Shown: piece by piece, positions 8,270 to 18,715 of the stretch
Numbering within the stretch: the stretch's first letter is position 1
Layout: each line of letters begins with the position of its first letter
Assembly: GCA_054661495.1 (NCBI GenBank)
Contig: BAAFSQ010000064.1
Location: 1-32,000 of the forward strand
From: Zygophlyctis sp. KS116
Taxonomy: Eukaryota > Fungi > Chytridiomycota
Reading direction: 5' to 3'
DNA: 32,000 nucleotides
The notes under the pieces: generated by a model
The model's database searches: none
What the model was told of the DNA's origin: nothing
What the model saw: the letters and a program-made list of their open reading frames with translations, nothing else
Program-made: the position numbers and the translations under genes

Positions 8270-11163
8270 TTAATTCAGGAATATATTACAAAATCTTGTC
8301 ATATCAAATGAAAGAGCCAATGAAATAAAATGTCGCATTGCAATCGGGTTCTCTTGAAAGGCCTTGTTAAACGCTACAATTGATAATGACCATATCACTG
8401 AATCTTTTTCACAAATAAGAGAAAATAAACGTGGCTTTTGAGAGAAGAATTCTAGTTCACCAACCATAGTTCCATGTAGTATAGTTTCAATAATCAATTG
8501 TTCGTTTTCATTATCGGTCATTGAAAGAACCAGTTCCCCGTATTCCAGGATCATAATTTCATTTGAAGGGTCATCAGGCTTCCAAATAACAGTTCCTTTT
8601 AGAAAAGTACGCTTCTCGAAAAGTGATGAGCAAATTTCAAATAGCACCCCAGCGAATTGACCTTCAGCTGATCCTTGAAGAAGTAATGAAACTGGATGAG
8701 GGGCTGTCAAAGCTGACTGTATTGGAAACTCTAAATATAAATTTAATCGCAATCACCTTTAGCTACCATTGATGCTGCGTAGCTGATTTCATTGCCTCTT
8801 GGAGTTTCATTGTTGGATACCGCCATTTTATTGCGCCTAGATGGAATGTCTAAAAGTTCAATTAAAAACGACTTACTTTGAGCACGCTCTACTTTCTGAT
8901 AATATGTAGAAAGAAGTATATTTTCGCACCATTCTAAAGCCTGATTTAAATTTTCAAATATATGGGTGAACTGGATTCTAAGAACATCATCAGACTCATC
9001 GAAAAGACCTGATGATACTATTTTCTTAATATCCGGCCCAAGTCCGCAAAATATCATATGTGTTGAATTAGTGATAAGTTTTCGACCAATAGATTGGAAA
9101 GCTTCCATCGCAGAGTAATCAATACCACTAATTAAAGAGAAATCCAATATCAAGAATCGGATTTGAGAAGGTCCTTTTGTGAACAAATTTGTTTGCTGAT
9201 TTACTATTCTTAAAAATCATAATCTTACACTGATTTACTGTACCAAAGAATATAAATCCTTGAAGTTTGATAACGGAAATTTGATTTCCTACTAAATCTA
9301 AAAACTTTTGTTGCCGATAGAGTCTATGAACGGTAGAACGAAGCTGCGATCCCGTGTAAAGAGATCTGATTACAGGCCGTCTGGCATACATTACTACAAA
9401 AAATATATTAGACAGTATTATTCCAATTATAATTCCTTCCGTGAAGCCAATTATTCCCATAGAAAAAACTATTAAAATGATTGTTGCATATTCTAGATAA
9501 TGAATTCCAGCTGTAAAAGTGTCATAAATACTTTCTCTCAATAATTCGGCTCCTAGATAAAAAATAAGAGAGCCTACAACCATTTTAGGTACAAAGTTTA
9601 TGATAGAACCTCCTAAATGTCATACTAGAATATGTTACCAAAGACCCACAAAATTGCAGTTGCCAGAGTGAGTAAAAGTCCAGCAGCCTTACTGTTACCT
9701 CCACTACGTATATAGAGCAAAGAGTTTGAATATACAAGGTAGTTCTAAAATGATTATTTCCTGTCTTAAATTACCTGACATGATCCACATAATCCCGACA
9801 GAATGTTGCTTAAACCATGACTTAATATTTCACGATTTAAATCAACATCCTGCTGAAGGGATACAGCTAGCGCTGGTATATTTATTGGTACATGTAATAT
9901 TCCAAAGAAAGAAAGTGCCAACTGCGTTGGAATCGTTGCTAAAAGTTGATCAATTTAATATTATTACCTAGTAATGCTTTCCAATCTACTAGTCTAAAAT
10001 TGTAATATGTCCAAAATTCCCAAAATGAAACTTGCTTTCCTGAGTGAGAAGATTGAAGATTAAACAACCAACCCTCGTCTCTCAGACTTTCAACTGAATT
10101 TCCAAATAAAAAAGCAACCATGTAGAAGCCTAGAGGAATAATGAGATAATAAGCAGGAATAAATAGAGGATGCGATCCAAATCTACTACAAATTTGGAAA
10201 ATCTTTAGGGCAATCGCAATTATCACGCTTGAGCCCCAAATCTTTAAATACCGTACTTGAATCACTTGTTCAAAAAATGAATAGGAAATATGTGGTTGCA
10301 AACCAGAAGTTACTTCAATCCCAGTTGCCTAAAACATTTAATCTAGAAAAATGTACAATTAAAAACAGACCAATCCCACCTATACAGCCCATCAGTATAT
10401 GTCTGGGAAAAAAGTGAATAAAATTTCCTAGCTTCAGTACACCAACCAATAAAAAGACAAGACCAGTCATGATACAACTCATGGCATAAGCACACATTAT
10501 AGTTGCAAGAATAGCCCTTGATTCAGACCCCTTCATCTCCGATTCAATTATAGCACAAATAATCTGTAAAAATGGCATAACTTCAATCATCATACTCCCT
10601 ACTGCACCTTTAAATGCCGATCCTCCACATGTAAGCACGATTTGCGAGATCATTGTACTAAGTAAGAACATTGAAATCCCAGCCGAAGCAGCAGTTTCTG
10701 GAATAGATTGAGAAGATGCAGGAAAAATAATCATTCCGTATGACACCGCATCTAGTAAATTTAAAGTTGTAGCCAACAAAACTGCTGGAATAGCGTATAA
10801 AATAGTTTTTAAACTATTAGATGGTAAATCATTGTCCGGCGCTGAATTTTTCCTCTGATTTTCAGTTTGATCCATCAATGGCAATAATAAAGGCGTAGAT
10901 TCTCCTGAATTATGATTAATTTCAATCGATTGATCCAAAACTTCTTCTGGAATTGATTGTTTTACTGAATCAAAGCTCATTCCCATACCTGTGGGAAACC
11001 CCGCAAACTCTTTTATAGACAATGAGAGCGTTTGTTGCCGAATCTCATTCCCAGAGACTTGAAACAGCGGCGACAAATCATCCGAACAAGTAGAATAATG
11101 AGATCTACAGGATATAGACAATCTCTTTCTAGATCTAATCTCCTGGTAGCTCTCAGAGTTCAT
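8270..11163 (-). CDS. SulP/SLC26 transporter with STAS and cyclic-nucleotide-binding domains (Vsb1/YGR125W-like)
   Basis: [83 protein letters not shown]; about 7 short introns. Start codon uncertain. Confidence 0.88.
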
Positions 11164-11212
11164 ATAAGTGAATAGTGTAGGGCTGATGGAAGAGTTCAAT
11201 TTGCCAAAGGAA

Positions 11213-11749
11213 TCAAGAATTTAAAATCAATTTTAAACGATACGCATCCATCCCATTCATATAATAGCTTTTCAGGTATTTAGCTCTAAAAAATCCCAAA
11301 TTTTCATATAGTGCTAATGCACCTTTATTTGATAATTCTGTTTCTAGTACAATCTAGCCTTTAATCTTTTTTATAAACTTACTTCTTGCGCTCCCTTGTC
11401 TTTTAAAGTCTCTCCTACTCTAGAAACTAATTCTGATCCAATTCCCCGTTTTCTATAATTTTTATCAACTGCCAACATTGCTATATAACCTCGAAGTTGA
11501 CCATGAGATTTATGAGCATCTAATTTACCAACAATAACTCCAGCCATTTTATTATTGATTCGAGCCTAAGTTTACAAGAAATAAAATTACAATCACTGTA
11601 AGAAACGGCCAATTTCTGATAAAGTACCTATAAGTAAAGATTGAGTAAGGCTCTGATAGATCCTTTTCAATAAGATTTATAATTTCAGATAATTCAGTTT
11701 CATTTTGCCAAACGCTATAGACTACGCCAGACGTCATACATTGATCCAT
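11213..11749 (-). CDS. NAA30: N-alpha-acetyltransferase 30 (NatC catalytic subunit, Mak3)
   Basis: [67 protein letters not shown]; two introns. Start at 11749 or 11737. Confidence 0.93.
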
Positions 11750-11764
11750 TGTTTACAAAAGTTG

Positions 11765-13308
11765 ATGGCAGCTCCGTTTGATCCAACGACAAATGATCGA
11801 AAAGAATGGGAAAGATTAGCAGCTTCAAAATGGTTGCCTCCGCTAGTCCTGAAAGTACCAAATGAGTCTGTTCCTGTTGAACAACGGAAACTTTTCTGTA
11901 AGTCTAAAGTTTAGGAACTCAAAAGTCCAGGCAGTCAGTCATTTCCAGTTCATGAGATTCAATCATCCCATCAGACTAAAAAGAAACTCATGGTATCATT
12001 CAATTTCTAATTAGAAAAAGTCAAATGATCGGACACGATTCGTCAAGAAACTTAAAATGAGAGCGCTATACTTGGAACAACTTGCAATATTTTTACAAGG
12101 TAATTTAATCTCTAATTTCTAGAAAAGGAAAGGCAGGACGCTGAATCAGTGGAAAGGAAATGGACACTGGCCAAGCAATTAAGTAAAAGTTGTCGTTTCC
12201 TGGCTTATATTCAATCCTTGGAAGCTAGGGCAACAATGGGTTCTCTGGATGATAAGTCAAGTACAAATCAGGAAAATAATATAGTCAATTTAAAGACTGA
12301 AATTGAATTTACAAAATCAACAGAAATTAACAATACACCTGCTATTCAAAAGTCTATGGAACATTGTTCATTTTATGATCTAAAAGATGCAATTGACAAG
12401 AGTCCTTTTAAACCAAAGGAAAAAAGTTTGAATAGGAAAATTGCTACCCCTGAAACAGTGTTGAATCACGATTTTTCAAAGCCTTTAAATACTTCTGAAG
12501 TATTTTTCTCTAAAATTTTTAAACATTATTAGGAAGTAAATTTGGAATTTGCAAGAGCATTCAGGGATATATCACAAATTGGTACAATTGCAAAAGAAAA
12601 ATGGTTAAAAGCAATGGCTGATAAAAAGGCTTTTAGTGTTCGTAAATCCAATGAGCATTTGGATTTTCTAAAGTCTAGGAATAGAAATGAAGTTGAAAAG
12701 GGGAATTTGGATTCTAAAAAACAAAAGACTCGGATAAATTACAATAATAGTCTGGTAGGAATTTTAGTTTTAAAATTAGAATCCAGCACTTAAAAACTTT
12801 GCTCAATTTAATTTATTAAGAGAACAAGAGCATGCAAAGCTTTTAACATTGTTGGAAAATAGGAAAAAGGATCGTTTTAAGACAAGTAAAAATATTAAAA
12901 CTATCCAACCGGTTTTCAAATTAATCGATTCTGATATGAATAAACATACTTCAAAACGACAAAATTCTGTTTGGAAAGATACTCTTCCTCATTTATGGTA
13001 TTTTTTAAAGGATTTATTCTAATAGGATTCAAGACCCATATAATCAGCATTTAAAAGTAAAATATGGTAAAAATCCATTAAAAGTCTCTGATTCTAATGA
13101 ATCTAGGAGAAAATCAAGAATGGTTTTAGAAAATAAGAAAACTGCTGATGTAGAATCACTAGACTCAAAGACAAAGTCTGCAGGGTCAAAGTTGAAATCA
13201 ACTAAATTCAAAAATATTAGTCTTCCTCCAGGCCGACGTACTTCTGTAGATGCACAAAAAGCATCAGATTTGATACGATCTGAATTTAAGGAGCTGTTGG
13301 CGAAATAA
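11765..13308 (+). CDS. Hypothetical basic, multi-exon protein
   Basis: ORF pieces join through GT-AG introns (e.g. 11993-12014, 12100-12122) into one frame ending at TAA 13308. First intron boundaries are uncertain. No family recognised. Confidence 0.6.
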
Positions 13309-13336
13309 GTTATTTTAGGGTTTTCTTCAAGTACAA

Positions 13337-14991
13337 ATGTTTAGACGCTGTTTGAGTTCCCAAAATGCCCCTTCAGTGCCAAATTTCATTAACGGAGAGT
13401 TTGTTCAATCCCAGGCTTCCAAACATTTTCAGTTGCACAATCCTGCAAATCAAAAGTTGTTGTTCAATGTTCCTCAATCGACTCAACAAGAGCTGTCAGA
13501 TGCGACAGATGCGGCATCAGCTGCATTTAAGGAATGGAGAAAATCGTCAGTTTTATCTAGACAGCAGATCATGTTAAAGCTCCAGGCCCTGATCAGACAG
13601 AATATGGACTCGATAGCTGCTAGTATCACGCTAGAACAAGGTAAAACGTTGGGAGATGCTAGAGGAGATGTTTTAAGAGGTCTTCAGGTTGTGGAATATG
13701 CTGCTGGGATTCCAAATATGCTCATGGGTGATTTGCTAGAAGTTAGTCAAGATATGGACACATTTACAATCAAGGAGCCGTTGGGTGTAGTTGGCGGTAT
13801 GTGAATGAACCAAGTTTTCTTTTCATGTTTGCTAATTATTAGGAGTGATGCCCTTTAATTTTCCTGCAATGATTCCACTTTGGGTTTTCCCTTTGGCGAT
13901 TGCATGTGGTAATACTGTTGTATTAAAGCCTTCTGAAAAAGATCCTGGAGCGTGTATGATTCTAGCTAAATTAGCAAAAGAGGCAGGAGTTCCAAATGGG
14001 GTTCTGAATATTGTTCATGGTGGTGTAGATACAGTAAATTTTATTTGTGATGCTCCAGCAATCAAGGCAATTTCTTTTGTTGGTATTATTAAGAATTTTA
14101 ACTGGATTTTTAGGATCGGATATTGCAGGAAAGCATATTTTCTCAAGAGGATCCATGAATGGAAAGCGTGTACAAGCAAACTTGGGCGCAAAAAACCATG
14201 GTGTAATAATGCCAGATGCAAATAAGAATCATACGCTGAATCAATTAGTTGGTGCAGCTTTTGGTGCCGCTGGTCAAAGAGTATCAAATTTAAACTAAAA
14301 ACTAGTGTATGGCTCTTTCAACTGTAATATTTGTTGGAGAATCAAAAGCATGGATTCCAGAACTTGTATCTAGAGCTTCAAAACTTAAAGTGTCTAGTGG
14401 ATTTGAGCCAGATGCCGATTTAGGACCACTTATAACACCACAAGCAAAATCCAGATGTGAATCTTTAATTCAGTCTGGAATTGATCAAGGTGCGGACTGT
14501 GTATTAGATGGACGTGGTTTAGTTGTCAAAGGCATAATTTGGAATTTAATTAATAATTAGGATATGAAGAGGGTAATTTTGTTGGACCAACAATTCTATC
14601 CAATGTTAAATCTTGGATGACATGCTACAAGGAAGAAATATTTGGACCAGTCCTAATCTGCTTGCAAGTGGATACTATCGAAGAAGCTCTGGAAATTATA
14701 AATGGCAATCCTTATGGAAACGGAACTGCAATTTTTACAAATTCTGGCGCAACTGCTCGTAAATTTACAAAGGAAGTTGATGTTGGACAGGTTGGAGTCA
14801 ACGTTCCAATTCCAGTACCACTTCCAATGTTTTCTTTTACTGGATCAAGAGGCTCAATAGCAGGAGACTTGAATTTTTATGGAAAAAGTGGAATTTCATT
14901 TTATACCAGTTTGAAAACTGTAACTTCACATTGGAGATCTGCTGATGTTTTATCTTCAAAGGCTGCAGTTAACATGCCTACTTCTTCGTAG
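13337..14991 (+). CDS. ALDH6A1: Mitochondrial methylmalonate-semialdehyde dehydrogenase
   Basis: [61 protein letters not shown] (catalytic Cys straddled by intron 14281-14305), [18 protein letters not shown]; includes GC-AG intron 14532-14560. Confidence 0.96.
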
Positions 14992-15111
14992 GCTTTTTGA
15001 TATGTACAAAAAGAGATACTTTTTCAGCCTCTAAATTTGAGTCACGGATTGGAATCTGTAAAGAGTTAACTCCGATAATTACCTTTGCGTCATCTTTGAC
15101 TTGATCCATTG

Positions 15112-17296
15112 ATGTTGGTAAACTCTCCAGACACAACCGCACTGTTCTTCAACACCAGCTTCGCAGAGCTTAGCCAACCAGAGTCCGATAATCAACTTGG
15201 CAACTGTAAAAGTCTTGAAAATCCTGCTGAATTTCAGGAGTGTTGGGCTAAAGAATGGATATCGACTCCAATTCCTATAGAGAGAATTAATGCACAGGTT
15301 CTAGATGCCATATGTACTTTCCTGGTCTAATCTGATAGTATCTAACCAATGCACCAAAAATACATTAAGCGCATATAATGCAAGACTCATTTCTCAATGT
15401 TTGTCTGATAAAAAATATGATTTAAGTGTTATCAGTCAATTATTGGAGTTGGGTGAATTCGCGATTGACAATGGACACGAATACACTGGTCTAATAGATC
15501 ATCTTATCCAGGAGCTACTAAATGATGGAAGTGATTTTTTAGACTCTTTAAGGTGTCTGAAAGCACTATCGATGAAGCCGGATTTGAAAGCTATGATTAA
15601 AAAGCATTCTAGAATTAACAAATTGTACAAGAAATTGACAAATATGTTAAAGCATGATGTAAAACTTTAAAAATAATATTTTAGGATGATAATGCGGTTA
15701 GATATGCATTGTATTTACTGATTGCGTTTCTTTCAGAAACTTCTTTGGGCAAAAAGGTAAATAGTGAGTCTTAATTTTAGCTATTTAATGAATCAAGTAT
15801 TATGGAAGCATTTGCATTATTGTTCTCTACTCCGACATTACATACAGAGTCTGCTCAAAAGGATCCAATCTTTAAGGATTTGCTTGGATTAATGTTGGAT
15901 AACCGTGATTACTCTCTCATATTTGAAAAGTACACTTTTAAAGATAATACTAGATTTGCCGCAGAAAATTGGAAAAATGAACTTAAATGGTGCGCATCAA
16001 AATCATTAGATGTAGTTTAATATGTTCTAAAGAATTTTAGGCAGTAATTGCAAGCGCAGAACTGTTAAAGAGAAATCTATTGAAAGATCTTGTAACGAAA
16101 AGTATTGAAATGTATGAATTCTATGATATGGCTATATTTTATCTTGTGAAAAACTATTCGGATGATTCTTTAGAATTTATTAATATTTTCTTGGAGGTAT
16201 CTCTGCTACTCTAAATTTTGAGAGATGTACTGGCGATACGTGGTGTTCAAATTACTTAAATCTTGTTTTCTCAATTACGAAGCAATTTAGAATTTCTGAT
16301 CCTTTTTTAAACCTCTATTTACATTTAAATCAAGGCCTTTTACCACCAAAAAAAGATTTTAGTCTTCAACTGGCTGCAAAGAAGAACTTTCCGAATGAAA
16401 TCAAGGAAAATGGACCAATTCCTCCTTGTTTTACGTGTATTTTCGAGGAACTACAATGTTTAAAAGATACTAATGTAATTCACGATTGATAATTAAAAAG
16501 TTGGAGATATTTGTAAGAATTCAAGAAAAGCTCAATTCAAATTCAAAAGATTCAGTATTGACGGCATTGATCGAAATACAGAGCACAGATAAATTTAATT
16601 TAGAAAGGTTAGTTAACTATCATTAATTTTAAGTCTGGCAGAATATTTTATAAATATGGATAGCTCGACTATTCATGATTCATCACTTGATAAGAAAATC
16701 GATGAGCTTGATAAACAGTTGATGAATGCTATAGAAGAGTCAAAAAAATACTTGGTCATAAAAGATGAATTGATGAATGCTAAAATGGAAATTCTGAAAC
16801 AGAAGACTCGAGTAAGATTATTTGTATTTATATTTAGGCAACTGAAGTTGAAAACAAGGTGCGATTTGTAATCAACTTAATTTCTAGAATATGCTTGACA
16901 AATATGATTTAGATATTAGGAACTTAAACGCTGAAAACACGAAACTAGCTGACAGCTTGCGCAGCTTATCAGTTGAATATGAAAAGATGAAAAGCTCTTT
17001 TGCGTCTAAAGACAAAACTGTGAGATGTTTGTTATATTAAATTGTAGATTGAAGCTCTTAGTAAGCAAAATGACGAAAAGGCACAAATAGTGAAGGAATT
17101 GCAGGACAAAATCTTGGAATTGGAAGAATCAATTGGCGAACAAGAAGAAGAGCATCAAGAAATGGTTGCTAAGTTAGCTCAGAGCCTAGGTTCTTTGGCA
17201 AATCGCAAGACACGGTTTACATCAAAGAAAACAAATCCAGTACCTCAGGAAACTGTTGAATCTCTCGGAAAAAATTTAGAATCAACTCGCATATAA
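15112..17296 (+). CDS. Armadillo-like plus C-terminal coiled-coil protein, CIP2A-like
   Basis: About 9 introns join the ORF fragments. The spliced segment LIDHLIQEL..SLRCLKAL..IKKHSRINKLYKKLTNMLKHD..VRYALYLL..LGKKLFNESSIMEAFALLF resembles the CIP2A N-terminal domain as I recall it; the C-terminus is heptad-rich. Confidence 0.6.
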
Positions 17297-17298
17297 TA

Positions 17299-18504
17299 TT
17301 ATTCGAATGCTGTTAAATTTTTTCTGCATATAAATCGTTCTGGAAAAGCTCCTGAATAGCTTCCAGTCAATTTTGTTATTTCCGGGATCCCTTGTTTAAG
17401 CCAACAGATTGGTGATATATGTGTGAATGCAGAGCATTTTTCATCTCCACGACATAAATTATAGCATTGCTGAGGTGAATGAACGTTATACATGGTCAAG
17501 TAGTCCTGACCTTTTCTGTCCGAATCAATTTCAATCTCTCCCATTTTATCGACCTCTTCACTATTCTTTGCATAGTATTGAAAAATCTGTTCCATAGTAA
17601 CATTATTACCATCTAATGCATGCATCTCCTTGAAATGAAATGGTAACATATGATGAAAAGTGAATGGCTGAAAACAAGGCGAACCAGTATTGTGCAAACT
17701 TGGTGGAAATGCATTAAATCCATAATGATGTGTTAAATTTATACCAACATCTCTAAAACAAAGAGCCGTTCGCACATCACCAAAAATACAATCCCGATAT
17801 TCATGATTGCAAACTTCAATCGTAGGCTCCATCTTTTTTAGAGCGGCTTTACTAATAATAATTCCAGCACCACCTATCATCTCAAAATACTGTATCATAC
17901 CTTGAGCAAATGAAGGAGATTTAACGTCTTCACGCACATCGCAACCACTAAAAGTATACGGCACTCCAATATAATGACTTTCTGAAGAATTTAATGTACT
18001 TAAATAGCTTTTAAGATTTTGTTTGAATACATAAGTATCGTCATCTATAAGTAAATACCATTCTGCATTCGGATAATGTTTGATTAAATATTTTAGAGCT
18101 GGTAAATTCTTATGTGCATCCATAATCCATCCTTGACTACTTTTATCTGGAATAATTTCTGTCTCAGGATTTTTAGGTGGATCTTTTGAAGGCAATTTTC
18201 GAACTTCGTCCATATTCTTTGCATAACTAGCTTCCTTGATAATATTAATCATTTTAAGTTTTCCAAGCTCTGCATCCTCATCTCCAAAAATTACCAGATT
18301 TCTGACATCTGATAGAAATGTCGCCATCTGTACTGGAACACGTTTCATGAGAGTGTTCTTGCCAGTCTTGAGTCCAATTGCCCAATCGTCCCATTCCGCA
18401 TTATATCGCCTATTTGAAGAATACCAATAAACTGCATTAAAATAGTTGAAGAGTATTATAGCAAATGGACATAACAGAATGAATCTTCTCGTTGTTTTGC
18501 GCAT
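17299..18504 (-). CDS. GT31 (Fringe/C1GALT1-like) glycosyltransferase with C-terminal PAN/apple module
   Basis: Type II signal anchor, WYLLIDDDTYVF, FAQGGAGIIIS after removing in-frame intron 17874-17900, GDVRTALC, TFHH; DRKGQD..QCYNLC..CSAFT..CWLK. Confidence 0.85.
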   Translation of the reverse strand: MRKTTRRFILLCPFAIILFNYFNAVYWYSSNRRYNAEWDDWAIGLKTGKNTLMKRVPVQMATFLSDVRNLVIFGDEDAELGKLKMINIIKEASYAKNMDEVRKLPSKDPPKNPETEIIPDKSSQGWIMDAHKNLPALKYLIKHYPNAEWYLLIDDDTYVFKQNLKSYLSTLNSSESHYIGVPYTFSGCDVREDVKSPSFAQGMIQYFEMIGGAGIIISKAALKKMEPTIEVCNHEYRDCIFGDVRTALCFRDVGINLTHHYGFNAFPPSLHNTGSPCFQPFTFHHMLPFHFKEMHALDGNNVTMEQIFQYYAKNSEEVDKMGEIEIDSDRKGQDYLTMYNVHSPQQCYNLCRGDEKCSAFTHISPICWLKQGIPEITKLTGSYSGAFPERFICRKNLTAFE

Positions 18505-18548
18505 TGAAAATGTCCGAAAATATTCAAAAGTTTATTCGTTGGCAATTC

Positions 18549-18597
18549 ACATCTGATACATCATCTGATACATCTGCTACATTCAATACATTTGATA
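18549..18597. repeat. Degenerate short tandem repeat (ACATCTGAT-like units) in the GT31/HAS1 divergent spacer
   Basis: acatctgat-acatcatctgat-acatctgct-acattcaat-acatttgat. Confidence 0.7.
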
Positions 18598-18715
18598 AAT
18601 CAGAAAAATCTATTAATAATGAAATTTAGAATAATTTCATAATAGCAGATCAAAGAGGCAAGGTGGAGCAGCAAAACTGCAAAAGTGAAATTTTGAAACA
18701 AAAAAAAACAAAAAA

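Noticed and set aside
11898-11914. 17-nt intron GTAAGTCTAAAGTTTAG
   Set aside because: Splicing it creates TGA. A 33-nt intron ending at CCAG 11930 keeps the frame.
13067-13106. Intron-like GTAAAA...TCTAG in the hypothetical gene
   Set aside because: The unspliced sequence reads in frame to 13308, whereas splicing gives an early TAG.
18549-18597. CRISPR-like or telomeric array
   Set aside because: The units are ~9 nt, degenerate, have no spacers and are not TTAGGG-like; the context is eukaryotic.
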